Part shown: in pieces, positions 1-10,407 of the stretch
Layout of the letters: each line of letters opens with the position of its first letter
Position numbering within the stretch: the stretch's first letter is position 1
Assembly: GCA_963702005.1 (NCBI GenBank)
Contig: OY969696.1
Span: 1,568,001 to 1,632,000 of the forward strand
Source of the DNA: Candidatus Aminicenantes bacterium
Lineage (GTDB): Bacteria; Acidobacteriota; Aminicenantia; Aminicenantales; JAFGBC01
DNA length: 64,000 nt
Direction: 5' to 3'
The notes under the pieces: generated by a model
Database searches by the model: none
Told to the model about the DNA's origin: nothing
What the model saw: the letters and a program-made list of their open reading frames with translations, nothing else
Translations under genes and position numbers: made by a program

Positions 1-91
1 CGTCCGAAACATTAAGGTTGAGGGAAAGTTGGCGCTTAGTGAGCTTCAAATCCAGCCTCCGGACCTTGATGTAGTCGCCCCACGTCTTCAT
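1..91 (-). CDS. Partial XRE-family helix-turn-helix protein (runs off window start)
   Basis: Manual translation of the minus strand: MKTWGDYIKVRRLDLKLTKRQLSLNLNVSD, resembling an XRE/HTH_3 N-terminus; frame is open from 145 to 1. Confidence 0.5.
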   Translation of the reverse strand, partial: MKTWGDYIKVRRLDLKLTKRQLSLNLNVSD

Positions 92-257
92 AAAATCAGG
101 GTATTTCTCCCTGGAAACCGGTTTTTTCGTCTTCGAGGTCGGGGCCTACTGCCGGGTGGACAGGGAAGGGGAGCGGCGATCCAGTACCGGATGCTGGACA
201 AAGCTTAATTTGGTACAATGACTGTCTCGACCGTTGTCATAGGGAGGCAGCAGCGCC

Positions 258-1736
258 ATGATCGATCGTCGATGGCTCCTGGGGATCGTCTGCGGAATGG
301 GGATCGCGATTGCGGGTCAGGCCGCTCCGGTTCGCGACGGGGATGCCATCCCGGTCAAGCCGGCCAAGCTCACGCCGCAGAAGAAAGAAGCGCTCTACTG
401 GATCGACGCGGCCCTCCCCGAACTCAACCGGATGAACGACGAGATCTGGCGGGCGGCCGAGCTCGCCCTCGAAGAAAAAGAATCGGCCGAAATCCTCGTT
501 TCGTTCCTTGAGAAGAGCGGATTCAGAATCGAACGGGGCGTCGCCGGCCTGCCTACGGCCTTCGTCGCGACCTGGGGGCAGGGCGAGCCCGTCATCGGCG
601 TGCTTGGCGAGTACGACGCGCTTCCCGGGCTGTCGCAGGAAGCCGTGGCCTTCAAGAAGCCGTTGGCCGAGGGGAAACCCGGCCACGGCTGCGGCCATAA
701 CATCTTCGGCGTCGCCAGCGTTGCCGCCGCGGCGGCCCTCAAGCACGTCATGGAAAGCGGCAAGCTCGGAGGGACGATCAAATTCTTCGGCTGCCCCGGC
801 GAGGAAACGGTGACCGGCAAGGTGTTCATGGCCCGGGAGGGCGTCTTCAACGGCCTGTCCTGCTGCATCCAGTGGCACCCGGGCGGCGAAACCGAGGTCT
901 CGCTCGACTCGTCGAACGCCCTCAACCAGTTCGAGGTCGAGTTCTTCGGCCGGTCCGCCCATGCCGCCGGCGACCCCTGGGACGGCCGGAGCGCCCTGGA
1001 CGGCGTCGAGCTCGCCGACGTGGGACTCAACTTTCTCCGCGAGCACCTCAAGCCCACGGCCCGGATTCATTACGTCATCGTCAACGGCGGCGGCGCTCCC
1101 AACGTCGTCCCCGACTATGCCCGGGCCTGGTACTATGTGCGAGACTTGGATCGGGACGGCGTGGAGAAGGACTACGCCCGGGTGCTCGACGTCATCGACG
1201 GCGCGGCCAAGATGAGCGGAACGACCTATAAAATCCGTTTCATCAGCGGCGTCCATGAAGTCCTGCCCAACAGGTCCGGCGCGGAAGCGGTCTACGCCAA
1301 CCTTCTCCTAGTCGGGGCGCCCGCCTTCAGCCCCGAGGAGCAGGCTTTCGCCAAGGAGATCCAGAAGAACTTGGGCGTCGCGGAAAAGGGCTTGAAGACG
1401 GGGATCGAGCCGTTCCGCGAGCCGGAAAAAAGCTGGGGAGGCGGCTCGACCGACGTGGCCGAGGTGAGCTGGCTGACGCCGACGACCTCGCTGTCCGTGA
1501 CCAGCGAGCCCGAGGGAACTCCCGGGCATCATTGGGCGGTCGTGGCCTGCGCCGGAACCTCGATCGCCCACAAATGCCTTCAGACAGCGGCCAAGATTAT
1601 GGCGGCGACCGGGCTGGATATGCTCCAAAGCCCGGCCCTCCTCAAGAAAATGAAGGACGAGTGGGCGGCGAAGACTAAAGGGAAGCCCTACATTTCGCCC
1701 CTGCCCCCGGACTTAACGCCTCCCGTCAAGAATTAA
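258..1736 (+). CDS. Secreted M20D amidohydrolase, AbgB-like
   Basis: Signal peptide; EYDALPGL, GHGCGHN, PGEE and GGSTDV motifs; GGGAGG RBS. Confidence 0.85.
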   Translation: MIDRRWLLGIVCGMGIAIAGQAAPVRDGDAIPVKPAKLTPQKKEALYWIDAALPELNRMNDEIWRAAELALEEKESAEILVSFLEKSGFRIERGVAGLPTAFVATWGQGEPVIGVLGEYDALPGLSQEAVAFKKPLAEGKPGHGCGHNIFGVASVAAAAALKHVMESGKLGGTIKFFGCPGEETVTGKVFMAREGVFNGLSCCIQWHPGGETEVSLDSSNALNQFEVEFFGRSAHAAGDPWDGRSALDGVELADVGLNFLREHLKPTARIHYVIVNGGGAPNVVPDYARAWYYVRDLDRDGVEKDYARVLDVIDGAAKMSGTTYKIRFISGVHEVLPNRSGAEAVYANLLLVGAPAFSPEEQAFAKEIQKNLGVAEKGLKTGIEPFREPEKSWGGGSTDVAEVSWLTPTTSLSVTSEPEGTPGHHWAVVACAGTSIAHKCLQTAAKIMAATGLDMLQSPALLKKMKDEWAAKTKGKPYISPLPPDLTPPVKN

Positions 1737-1740
1737 TGGC

Positions 1741-2709
1741 TCAGCGCCCTTTGAGCGAAGCCTTCCAGGCGTTGTACCAAACGTTGAGGAGGCTTACGAA
1801 CTCGGCGCTGGCCTTCTTCCCGCCGGCGGCCGTCGGATGGCTGTCGTCCGAGCTCGAGCCGTAGGCGCTGTAATTATTGGCCACGGTCTGGATGTGCTGA
1901 ATGGCTCCGTTCCGGAAGCGGTGGTGGTTGCCGGTCGCCTTGCCCAGGTCGTTCTTGTTGACATTCCCGCCGTTCGAGGTCAGGACGTTATAGAAATCGA
2001 AAACGGCGACGTTTTTGTAGGGGCAGTTTTTGAGCCAGCTCTTGACGAGCCAGTCGTTGACGGCCCGGGCGTTGGCGGCGTGAGCCGCGTCGGTCGCGTC
2101 CTCGACGAGGGGCGGGGAGGCGATCAGGATGAACAATTTGTCCTGCCGGGTTTTAAAATAGACGAGGAGGTCGTTGTAGATCCCCTTGACGTTGGCGACC
2201 TTCATGTAGGGCGAGCTCGAATCCTGGCCGCGCAGCGGGTTGCTGCCCGTCTTGGGCGGGTCGCCGGGTTTTCCCCCGATCTGGGAATTGGGGAAGCAGG
2301 ACTTGAACATGATGATCGTGTTCTCTCCGCCCGGGTCGGCGGCCAACCGGGTGTAATCGCAGTTCTGGCCGCTTTCCTTGAAAAGGGCGTTGAGGTAGGT
2401 CGTCCGCTTGGCGGCGCGGAACCAGAGCCACCACTGGCCGGTGTCGGTCTTGTCGCCGATCGCGTCAGGTCCCCAGCCGTAGTTCGTGTCGCTCACGAAG
2501 TAATTATTGTTCTTGAGGGTGATCCCCAGCCGTCCCCCGTAGTCCACCAGCCAGCCTTCGCCCGTCGAGTGGTGGATGAAAATGAGCTTGACCGGCTTCG
2601 CCGGGGGCCGCGGCGAGAGGGCTTCCGGGCCGCTTCCGGCCGAAGCTAGGACGGCGCCGCCGCTGAGGATAAGGATCATGGCTAAGATTGTCAGGAAGCG
2701 CTTGGGCAT
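1741..2709 (-). CDS. Secreted hypothetical protein, possibly SGNH-like hydrolase
   Basis: Signal peptide, GGAGG RBS, IFIHHSTG and DDSHP motifs. Confidence 0.65.
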   Translation of the reverse strand: MPKRFLTILAMILILSGGAVLASAGSGPEALSPRPPAKPVKLIFIHHSTGEGWLVDYGGRLGITLKNNNYFVSDTNYGWGPDAIGDKTDTGQWWLWFRAAKRTTYLNALFKESGQNCDYTRLAADPGGENTIIMFKSCFPNSQIGGKPGDPPKTGSNPLRGQDSSSPYMKVANVKGIYNDLLVYFKTRQDKLFILIASPPLVEDATDAAHAANARAVNDWLVKSWLKNCPYKNVAVFDFYNVLTSNGGNVNKNDLGKATGNHHRFRNGAIQHIQTVANNYSAYGSSSDDSHPTAAGGKKASAEFVSLLNVWYNAWKASLKGR

Positions 2710-2793
2710 AATGACCTCCTCGAGAATCCCTATGAAAGAATCATATCATTTTCCGCCCTTGCTCGCCATCCGTTCTTGGGATATCCTTTTTCC

Positions 2794-4176
2794 ATGAACA
2801 CGACGACCGCGGCTTCAGAACACCCATTGCCTATCCGGCCGAGCCTCCCCCGCGTCCTCGGCCTTTGGGACATCGTCAGCATCGTCATCGGCGGCGTCAT
2901 CGGGTCGGGGATTTTCCTCTCGCCGTCCGAGATCGCCACGGCCGTGCCCGCGCCGCTCCTTATGATCGGGGTCTGGGTCGTGGGCGGCCTGTTCAGCTTC
3001 TTCGGAGCCGTTTCCTTCGCCGAGCTCGGCGCGGCCATGCCCGAGGCGGGCGGCATCTACATCTATCTCAGGGAAGCCTACGGCTCCCTCATCTCGTTCC
3101 TGTTCGGCTGGACCCTGTTCCTGGTCATCGACTCGGGAGCTATCGCCACCCTGGCCGTCGCCTTCTCCTATAACATGTTGCCCAAGTTCGCCGACATGAC
3201 GCCTCTCGTCAAAAAGCTGGTGGCGGCCGGCTTCGTCGTCTTCCTGGGCGCGGTCAATTACGTCGGCGTGCGCTGGGGCGCCCGGCTCCAGAACCTGTTG
3301 ACCATCATCAAAACGGGCGCCATCGGCATCATCTGCGTCGCCGTGTTCTTCTTCGCCAAGGGAGCAGGCCACGTCGCCAACTTCATCGAGCCCAAGCCGG
3401 GCTCCTTCAACTTCGGCTTGCTGGGCGCCTTCGGGGTCGGGCTGGTCGCCTCCCTCTGGGCCTACAAGGGCTGGGAAGCCGCGACCTACAGCGCGGGAGA
3501 GACGAAGAATCCCCAACGGAACCTGCCCCTCGGCATCCTGATCGGCACCGTGGCCGTCATCGTCCTCTACGTGCTGGCCAACCTGGCTTATCTCTATGTC
3601 CTGCCGGTCGGAAAGATCGCCGCTTCCGAAAACCGCGTCGCCCTCGACGCCATGGCCATCGTGACGGGGCCGTTCGGGGCCTCGCTGATCGCCTTCCTGA
3701 TCCTGTTTTCCATCCTGGGCGCCGCGAACCAGAACGTCCTGACCTCTCCCCGCGTCTATTTCGCCATGGCCAAGGACGGGCTGTTCTTCCGGAAGATCGC
3801 GACCGTCCACCCCAAGTACCTGACTCCGAGCGTCTCGATCGTCGCCATCTGCGCCTGGAGCATCGTGCTGACCCTGACCGGCACGTTCAAGCAGCTCTTC
3901 ACCTACGTCATTTTCGGGGAGTGGATTTTCTTCGGCCTGACGGTCGCCGCCGTCATCATCCTGAGGAAAAAACTTCCCAGCCTGCCCCGGCCCTATAAGA
4001 CCTGGGGGTATCCGGTGACGCCGATCATCTTTGTCCTGGCCGCGCTCTACGTGGCGGTGGGGGCCCTGCTCAGCGCTTTCTGGAATTCGCTGGGCGGGTT
4101 GGCCATCATCTTGCTAGGCGTTCCAGCTTATATCTACTGGCGGCGGAAATTGAAGTCCTCCGGCGCCGGGGCTTGA
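2794..4176 (+). CDS. APC-family amino acid permease
   Basis: GGVIGSGIF and AELGAAMPEAGG motifs, many hydrophobic helices; ATG 2794 preferred because it lies just after a -10 box. Confidence 0.9.
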   Translation: MNTTTAASEHPLPIRPSLPRVLGLWDIVSIVIGGVIGSGIFLSPSEIATAVPAPLLMIGVWVVGGLFSFFGAVSFAELGAAMPEAGGIYIYLREAYGSLISFLFGWTLFLVIDSGAIATLAVAFSYNMLPKFADMTPLVKKLVAAGFVVFLGAVNYVGVRWGARLQNLLTIIKTGAIGIICVAVFFFAKGAGHVANFIEPKPGSFNFGLLGAFGVGLVASLWAYKGWEAATYSAGETKNPQRNLPLGILIGTVAVIVLYVLANLAYLYVLPVGKIAASENRVALDAMAIVTGPFGASLIAFLILFSILGAANQNVLTSPRVYFAMAKDGLFFRKIATVHPKYLTPSVSIVAICAWSIVLTLTGTFKQLFTYVIFGEWIFFGLTVAAVIILRKKLPSLPRPYKTWGYPVTPIIFVLAALYVAVGALLSAFWNSLGGLAIILLGVPAYIYWRRKLKSSGAGA

Positions 4177-4179
4177 TCC

Positions 4180-4950
4180 TCAGAATTTAAGGCGGGCCTG
4201 GAGGAACTCCTGGAAAGCGGGCATGTCCCGGACTTTGTTGAAAGCCGTGTCGGTTAGGACTTTCCGCCAATCTCCGAAACCGGCCCGTTCCGCCTTGGCC
4301 AGGTAGAGCACGGTCTTGGCGGCGTTCCCGGCCTGGGCGAACAGCCGGGCATACAGAAAAAAAGCCTCCGAAGGCTTGAATCCTTCCTGGGCCGTTTCGG
4401 TGATGAGGCTCTGGTGGGTCTCTAAATAATTGGGGTCGAGCGCGATCGCTTTGGCGAGGCAGGCCGTCCCCTCCTCGTTTCGGTCGCGGGATAGAAGGAG
4501 ATTTCCGAGACTGTAGAGGGTCGAGATGAGGTCGGGCTTGATCTCCAGGGCTTTCTTAAAGGACGCCTCGGCTTGATCGTAATCCCCCTGGACGAAATAG
4601 ACGCTGGCCAGGTTGTTGAAGGCTTGGGCGTAGGAAGGATCGGCCGCGGCCGCTTTCTCAAAATGAATCCGGGCCGCCGCGTAGTCTTTCCGCTGGAAGT
4701 GGCAAATCCCGAGAAGGTTGAGAGCCACCGCCGAGCCGGGATTGACGGCCAAGGCTCGGCTCAGGGCGCTCGCCGCGCCGAAGTACTCCCCACGGTTGAA
4801 GAGATCGACGCCGCGGTTGAAGTAGACTTGAAAATCTTTCTCCGACGGCTCCCCGCTGGCCGGCCGTGGACCCGGGGCGCATCCGGACGCGAAGACAATC
4901 GCAAGGATCGAAAGGACGAAACCGGCTTTTAGAAAGGGATGGTCTCTCAT
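4180..4950 (-). CDS. TPR-repeat lipoprotein
   Basis: Lipobox FASGC and several TPR repeats (AFNNLASVYF, LYSLGNLL). Confidence 0.8.
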   Translation of the reverse strand: MRDHPFLKAGFVLSILAIVFASGCAPGPRPASGEPSEKDFQVYFNRGVDLFNRGEYFGAASALSRALAVNPGSAVALNLLGICHFQRKDYAAARIHFEKAAAADPSYAQAFNNLASVYFVQGDYDQAEASFKKALEIKPDLISTLYSLGNLLLSRDRNEEGTACLAKAIALDPNYLETHQSLITETAQEGFKPSEAFFLYARLFAQAGNAAKTVLYLAKAERAGFGDWRKVLTDTAFNKVRDMPAFQEFLQARLKF

Positions 4951-4997
4951 GGTATCTGTTCCTCGTTATCTTGCCTATCGGTTAATTTTATTCTCTT

Positions 4998-5026
4998 TTC
5001 AAGGCCCGCACAATATTTGATAGAAT
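4998..5026 (+). promoter_or_regulatory. Sigma70 promoter TTCAAG-17-TAGAAT (extended -10), leaderless
   Basis: TGaTAGAAT ends 7 nt before ATG 5034; no SD. Confidence 0.55.
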
Positions 5027-5033
5027 ACGGCCG

Positions 5034-5807
5034 ATGACGATTCCGCTGACGACGGACGGACAAGGGCGGGCCCGTGCGCTCTTCCTGCTGGCCGAGGCCC
5101 GCTCCGGGTCGAGCTGGCTCATGAAGACCTTGGATTCCGTCTCCTCGGTCTCCCTACGGGGGGAGCTCCTCAATCACGCCGTCCATCCCGAGGTTCTCCG
5201 TTTCCAAAACGCTTCGCGCCGGGACTTCGCCGAATGCTTTCGCTACCTGGAGGAGAAACTGGCGGGCGGCGCCGGGTACGTCGGCTGCAAGATTCTTTTC
5301 AACCAGCTTTTTTTCGTCGCCGAGGATTTCCCGGACTCTTTCCTGGAGCGGTTCCGGGAAGCGGTTTTTCTGGTCCTGACCAGAGAGAATATCGTCCAGG
5401 CCCAGATCTCGCTCCGGCTGGCCCACGCGACCGGCGTCTGGCACCGCCGGGGTGAAGAAATCCGCCCCCCCTCCAAAGTCCGCATCCAGCCGCGGGACTT
5501 CTGCCTCCGGATCCGCCGGGCCCTGAGGCAAAGGGAGATGATCCTGGGCGGACTCGATCGCACCGGCGCGCGGACGTTCCGGCTCGAGTACGAGTCCCTT
5601 TTCGCGGACAGGATCGGCTCCCTACGCGCCATTTGCGGCTTCATCGGGGTTTCCTGCGAAAGGATCCGCTTCGGCCGCGAGATCAAGGGCGGGCCGGCTT
5701 CCTACGCGGACCTCATCGAGAATTACGATGAGCTCGTTTCCTTCCTAAAAAAGGAGAAGGATCTCTATCGGATGCTGATCCGGCCGCTTCCGGAATTTCC
5801 GGCCTGA
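5034..5807 (+). CDS. Sulfotransferase (Stf0-like)
   Basis: 5'-PSB loop ARSGSSW, 3'-PB LTREN..QISL, YESL. Confidence 0.75.
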   Translation: MTIPLTTDGQGRARALFLLAEARSGSSWLMKTLDSVSSVSLRGELLNHAVHPEVLRFQNASRRDFAECFRYLEEKLAGGAGYVGCKILFNQLFFVAEDFPDSFLERFREAVFLVLTRENIVQAQISLRLAHATGVWHRRGEEIRPPSKVRIQPRDFCLRIRRALRQREMILGGLDRTGARTFRLEYESLFADRIGSLRAICGFIGVSCERIRFGREIKGGPASYADLIENYDELVSFLKKEKDLYRMLIRPLPEFPA

Positions 5808-5811
5808 GGCG

Positions 5812-7083
5812 TCAAACCCGCCGGCCGTCCCGGACGACCAGCCGTCCGTTCTTGATGACGTGGCGGACCGGGTTCGGCCCCAGCTCGTAGACGAGATGGG
5901 CATAGCCGGGGACGTCGCAGAGGATGACGTCCATCTTTTTCCCCGGTTCGAGGCTCCCGACCTCGGCCTGGCGTCCGACGGCGCAGGCGCCGTTGGCCGT
6001 GCAGGCGTTAAGGGCTTCTTCGACCGTCAACCGGAGCGTAAAGACGCCGAGCTGGAGGACGAAGAGCATGGAGCCGACCATGGAGCTTCCGGGATTGAAA
6101 TCAGAGGCTAGGGCCGGGGCGGCGCCCGCGTCGATCAGGTCGCGGGCCGGCGGCCGCTTGTCGAGCATCAGGAAGAAAGGGACTCCCGGCAGGAGAAGGG
6201 CGACGGTCCGGCTCCCCGCCAGGGCCCGGATACCGCTCGGCGTGATCTGGATGAGGTGTTCTGCCGAAACCGCCCCGACCTCGACCGCGAGCTCGGTCGC
6301 TCCCAAGGCGGCGAACTCGTCACTGTGGATCTTGATCCCGAATCCGGCCCGCTGGGCGGCCCGGACCAAACGACGCGTTTCCTCGAGGCTGAAGACGCCC
6401 CGCTCGCAGAAGACGTCGAAGAAATCGGCCAGCCGCCGCTCCCGGACGGCCGGCATGAGCTTCTCGGTCAAGAAATCGACGTAGGCGTCCGTCCGATCCC
6501 GGTACTCGGGCGGGATGTCATGGGCGCCCATGAAGGTCGGGACGACGTCGACCGGATGGAGGCGGTCGACATCGGCCAGGACCTCGAGCTGCTTGATTTC
6601 ATCGTCGAAGTTGAGGCCATAGCCGCTCTTGGCCTCGACCGTCGTCGCTCCCTGGAGAAGCATCCGGTCAAGGCGGCGGAGGCAGAGGCCGGTCAGCTCT
6701 TCGCGCGAGGCGGCCCGGGTCGCCTCGACCGTCGTCCGGATTCCCATCCCTTGTTCGGCGAGCTGGGTGTAAGTCCAGCCTTGGAGGCGGAGGCCGAACT
6801 CCCGGATCCGGTCGCCTGCAAAGGGGAGGTGAGTGTGGCTGTCCACGAAGCCGGGCAGGGCGACCAGGCCCCGTCCGTCGATCCAAACGGCGTCGTCCCC
6901 GGCGACGACCTCGTTCCGGAACTCCGGCTCGGTCCCCGCGAACACGATCCGGCCCTGGAAGGACGCGATCCAGCCCTTCTCGATCAGGCCGCAGTCGCGG
7001 AGGGCGTCCTTGCGCTTGGGCAGCGGCCCGCGGCAGGTCAGGAGCTCGGCGCAGTCCCGGACGACGAGGTCGGCCCGGATCAT
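5812..7083 (-). CDS. hutI: Imidazolonepropionase
   Basis: [33 protein letters not shown] motifs. Confidence 0.92.
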   Translation of the reverse strand: MIRADLVVRDCAELLTCRGPLPKRKDALRDCGLIEKGWIASFQGRIVFAGTEPEFRNEVVAGDDAVWIDGRGLVALPGFVDSHTHLPFAGDRIREFGLRLQGWTYTQLAEQGMGIRTTVEATRAASREELTGLCLRRLDRMLLQGATTVEAKSGYGLNFDDEIKQLEVLADVDRLHPVDVVPTFMGAHDIPPEYRDRTDAYVDFLTEKLMPAVRERRLADFFDVFCERGVFSLEETRRLVRAAQRAGFGIKIHSDEFAALGATELAVEVGAVSAEHLIQITPSGIRALAGSRTVALLLPGVPFFLMLDKRPPARDLIDAGAAPALASDFNPGSSMVGSMLFVLQLGVFTLRLTVEEALNACTANGACAVGRQAEVGSLEPGKKMDVILCDVPGYAHLVYELGPNPVRHVIKNGRLVVRDGRRV

Positions 7084-8279
7084 GACGGATTCTTACGGAC
7101 GGCCGTCTGCCGGGAGCGGCGGATGAAAGCGGGCGTTTCGTAGCGGTCGAACTGGTTTTCCCAAGCCGGAGGCGTCCAGGCCGGCGCGTGGCCCCTCGGC
7201 TCGAAGAGGTAGGGAGGCGTCTCCCTCTTGACCGGAAAGGGCGGCGGCGTCGGCGCCGACCGCGGCCGGAAGTCCTCCTCCGCCTCGTCCTCGAGCGGCC
7301 GGGCGTTCTCGAAGCCGGTGGCGATGACGGTGACCTTGGTCAGGTCCTTCATGGTTTCGTCGATGACCGTCCCGAAGATGATGTTGGCTTCGGAATGGGA
7401 CAGGCCGTGGATGAGCTCGGCGGCCTTGGAGACCTCGCTTAGGGCGAGGTCCTTGCCGCCGGTGATATTGATCAGAATGCCCCGGGCGCCCTCGATCGAG
7501 GTGTCGATGAGGAGGGGCGAGGAGATGGCTTTCTGGGCGGCGTCGACGGCCCGGTTCTCGCCCGAGGCGATCCCCGTCCCCAGGAAGGCCATGCCCATCC
7601 CCTTCATGACCGATTTGACGTCGGCGAAGTCGAGGTTGATCAGCCCCGGTTTGGTGATCAGGTCCGAGATCCCCTGGACCGCCTGGCGGAGGATGTCGTC
7701 GGCCATTTTAAAGGCGTCCTGGATCGAGGTGTTGAGGTTGACCGTCTGGAGGAGCCGCTCGTTGGGGATGGAGATGACCGTATCGACGGCCGACTTGAGC
7801 TCTCCCAGTCCGGCCTCGGCCTGGCGGGCCCGGATCTTACCCTCGAACTCGAAGGGAAGCGTCACGATGGCGATGGCCAGGATATCCATCTCGGCGGCAA
7901 GGTTGGCCAGGATGGGAGTCGCGCCGGTCCCGGTCCCGCCGCCCAGGCCCGTCGTCAGGAAAACCATGTCCGATCCATGGAGGATCTCGATCAGAAGCTC
8001 GGTGTCCTCCATGGCCGCCTGCCGGCCGATCTCGGGACGGCCGCCCGAGCCGAGGCCCTTGGTCAGGTTGGCCCCGATCTGGACTTTCTTGTCCGCCCGG
8101 TTCGACTGGAGGGCCTGAAGATCCGTGTTGACGGCGATGAATTCAACGCCCTTGATCCCGGCCTCGATCATCCGGTTGACGGCGTTCCCCCCGCCCCCTC
8201 CGATGCCGATGACCCGGATCTTGGCCGCCAGGCCTTCGTCGACGAGCTGAAACTTGAGTTTGGTGATGGTGTCGGTCAT
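7080..8279 (-). CDS. ftsZ: Cell division protein FtsZ
   Basis: GGGGGNA, GGGTGTG, NLDFADV, C-terminal PAFIRR. Confidence 0.98.
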   Translation of the reverse strand: MTDTITKLKFQLVDEGLAAKIRVIGIGGGGGNAVNRMIEAGIKGVEFIAVNTDLQALQSNRADKKVQIGANLTKGLGSGGRPEIGRQAAMEDTELLIEILHGSDMVFLTTGLGGGTGTGATPILANLAAEMDILAIAIVTLPFEFEGKIRARQAEAGLGELKSAVDTVISIPNERLLQTVNLNTSIQDAFKMADDILRQAVQGISDLITKPGLINLDFADVKSVMKGMGMAFLGTGIASGENRAVDAAQKAISSPLLIDTSIEGARGILINITGGKDLALSEVSKAAELIHGLSHSEANIIFGTVIDETMKDLTKVTVIATGFENARPLEDEAEEDFRPRSAPTPPPFPVKRETPPYLFEPRGHAPAWTPPAWENQFDRYETPAFIRRSRQTAVRKNPS

Positions 8280-8289
8280 GGTTGCCTCC

Positions 8290-9513
8290 TTATGCCTCTT
8301 TGAACCAGTCTTTGACCTTGGTCCAGACGCCTTTTTTACGATCCTTGGACAGGCCCTTGTCCTGCCACTGGTTGTAGCCGGTCAGGATGAGCCCGACGGC
8401 CGTCGCGTAGTCGGGCGTGCTGACCCGGTCCATGAGCCCGCTGACCCCGGTCGGGTCGCCGCGCCGGACCGGGAGGTCGAAGATCTCCTCGGCGACTTCC
8501 TCGAGGCCCTCAAGGAGGGCCGTGCCGCCGGTCAGGACGATCCCGGAGTTGAGGGACTTTTCATAGCCCATCCGCTTGATGTCGTTGTCGACCAGGCGGA
8601 AGATCTCCTCGGCCCGGGGCTGGATGATATCGGCCAGGAGCTGGCGGGACAGGACGCGCGGCTTGCGGCCCCGGCCGACGGCCGGGACGTCGATCGTCTC
8701 CTGCTCGTCGAGGGCGGGCGAGGCGACGCAGCCGAATTTTTTCTTGATCTTTTCGGCCTCGGGGATGGGCGTCCGGAGCCCGACGGCGATGTCATTGGTG
8801 AAGTTGTCTCCGCCGATCGGGATGATCGAGGTGTACCAGAGGCTGCCCCGCTCGAAAATGGCGACCTCGGTCGTGCCGGCCCCGATGTCGACCAGCCCGA
8901 CGCCGAGCTCCCGCTCGTCGTGGGTCAGGACGGCGGCCGCCGTCGCGATCTGGTTGAGGATGATCTGCCGGATGTCGACCTCGGCCCGCTCCAGCGAGCT
9001 GCGCAAGTTTTGAACCGAGGTGATGGCCGAGGTCACGATGTGGACGTTGACCTCGAGCTTGATCCCGCTCATGCCCAGCGGATCCTTGATGCCGTCCTGC
9101 TCGTCGACGACGAACTCCTGGGGGATGATATGGATGATCTCCCGGTCGGGCGGGATGGAGACGGCCTTGGATTGGTCGATGACGCGGCGGATGTCCTCCC
9201 GGGTGATGACCCGGTTCTTGCCCGAGACGGCGACCACGCCCCGGCTGTTGAAACTCTTGATATGGGCCCCCGAAATCCCGATGAAGGCGGAGTCCATCTC
9301 GACCCCGGCCATCAGCTCGGCCTCTTCCTGGGCCTTCTTGACGGCGGCCGTCGTCGCCTCGAGGTTGACGACGACCCCCTTGCGGAGCCCGCGCGACTCG
9401 GCCGTCCCGATCCCGATGACCTCGAGCTTGCGGTCCTCCGTGATCTCGGCGATGACGGCGGCCACCTTGCGGGTCCCGATGTCGATCCCGAACACATAGT
9501 TGTTCTTAGGCAT
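8290..9513 (-). CDS. ftsA: Cell division protein FtsA
   Basis: [25 protein letters not shown]; synteny. Confidence 0.97.
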   Translation of the reverse strand: MPKNNYVFGIDIGTRKVAAVIAEITEDRKLEVIGIGTAESRGLRKGVVVNLEATTAAVKKAQEEAELMAGVEMDSAFIGISGAHIKSFNSRGVVAVSGKNRVITREDIRRVIDQSKAVSIPPDREIIHIIPQEFVVDEQDGIKDPLGMSGIKLEVNVHIVTSAITSVQNLRSSLERAEVDIRQIILNQIATAAAVLTHDERELGVGLVDIGAGTTEVAIFERGSLWYTSIIPIGGDNFTNDIAVGLRTPIPEAEKIKKKFGCVASPALDEQETIDVPAVGRGRKPRVLSRQLLADIIQPRAEEIFRLVDNDIKRMGYEKSLNSGIVLTGGTALLEGLEEVAEEIFDLPVRRGDPTGVSGLMDRVSTPDYATAVGLILTGYNQWQDKGLSKDRKKGVWTKVKDWFKEA

Positions 9514-10403
9514 CAGTCGGCCTCCTTCGAGGAAGTGGGGGGGAGCGCCGCCGGCGGCGACTCCTGGGGAAGGGGGACCTGCCTTACGGTCAAGCGGTCC
9601 TGGAACAGGCGCAGGTCCACGTAATCGAGCTCTCCGAGCTGTTTTTTCAGCCAGACTTCGGCCTCCAAATAGAGAGCGAGTTTTTCCGGGAAGCGGTCCC
9701 CCCCCAGGATAAGACGGGTCGGGTTGCCCTTGAGGGTAAGGACGACTTTTCCGAACTCGGAGAGGTCCAGGCTCTCGACCCGGCTCCGTTCGTCGGGTCC
9801 GAGGCTGTCGATGCAGGACCAGGCCAGCTCGAGCTTCTCCGCGGCGTCCGTCCGGAAACCGTCTTCATCCCGGAGAAGAGGCAGGTCCAGCCCCTCCGGA
9901 GAGGCCAGGTTTTCGAGAATGACGCCGTCCCGGTCGATGAGGCGGAGACCGTCGGCCGAGCCGAGGACGGCCGCCGGGCGGCGTTCGCGAATCTCGACCC
10001 TCAGCGTCGCGGGGAAGTCCTTGCGGATGACGGCCTCCCGGACCCAGCGATGCCGCTCGAGGGCGTCCTTGAGACGGGCGATGTCGAGGAGAAGGATGTT
10101 TCCCAGCCGGCAATCGGCCAGGGCCGCTTCGAGCTCCGTGCGAGCGGATTCGACCCGGCAGTCGAGAATGACGGTCTTGATCGTAAAAACGTCCCAGCCG
10201 ATCAAGAACAGATAGGCCCGGCTCAGCCCGAATAGGAGGGCCGATATAGCGAGGACCGCGAGCGCGATGTGTTTGGGCCGGAGAAGAATCCGGCGCTGGG
10301 CCCTTTGGACCCGGCCCCGGATCTCGCCCCGCTGGAAGTGGGAGGTCCCGGCGCGGAGGGCGTCCTCCCAGCGCGGGAAGGCATGGGGAGCCGTCGCGTT
10401 CAT
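9513..10403 (-). CDS. ftsQ: FtsQ/DivIB
   Basis: Single TM, POTRA-like (WVREAVIRKDFPATLRVEIRER), YVDLR; position before ftsA. Confidence 0.85.
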   Translation of the reverse strand: MNATAPHAFPRWEDALRAGTSHFQRGEIRGRVQRAQRRILLRPKHIALAVLAISALLFGLSRAYLFLIGWDVFTIKTVILDCRVESARTELEAALADCRLGNILLLDIARLKDALERHRWVREAVIRKDFPATLRVEIRERRPAAVLGSADGLRLIDRDGVILENLASPEGLDLPLLRDEDGFRTDAAEKLELAWSCIDSLGPDERSRVESLDLSEFGKVVLTLKGNPTRLILGGDRFPEKLALYLEAEVWLKKQLGELDYVDLRLFQDRLTVRQVPLPQESPPAALPPTSSKEAD

Positions 10404-10407
10404 TGTC

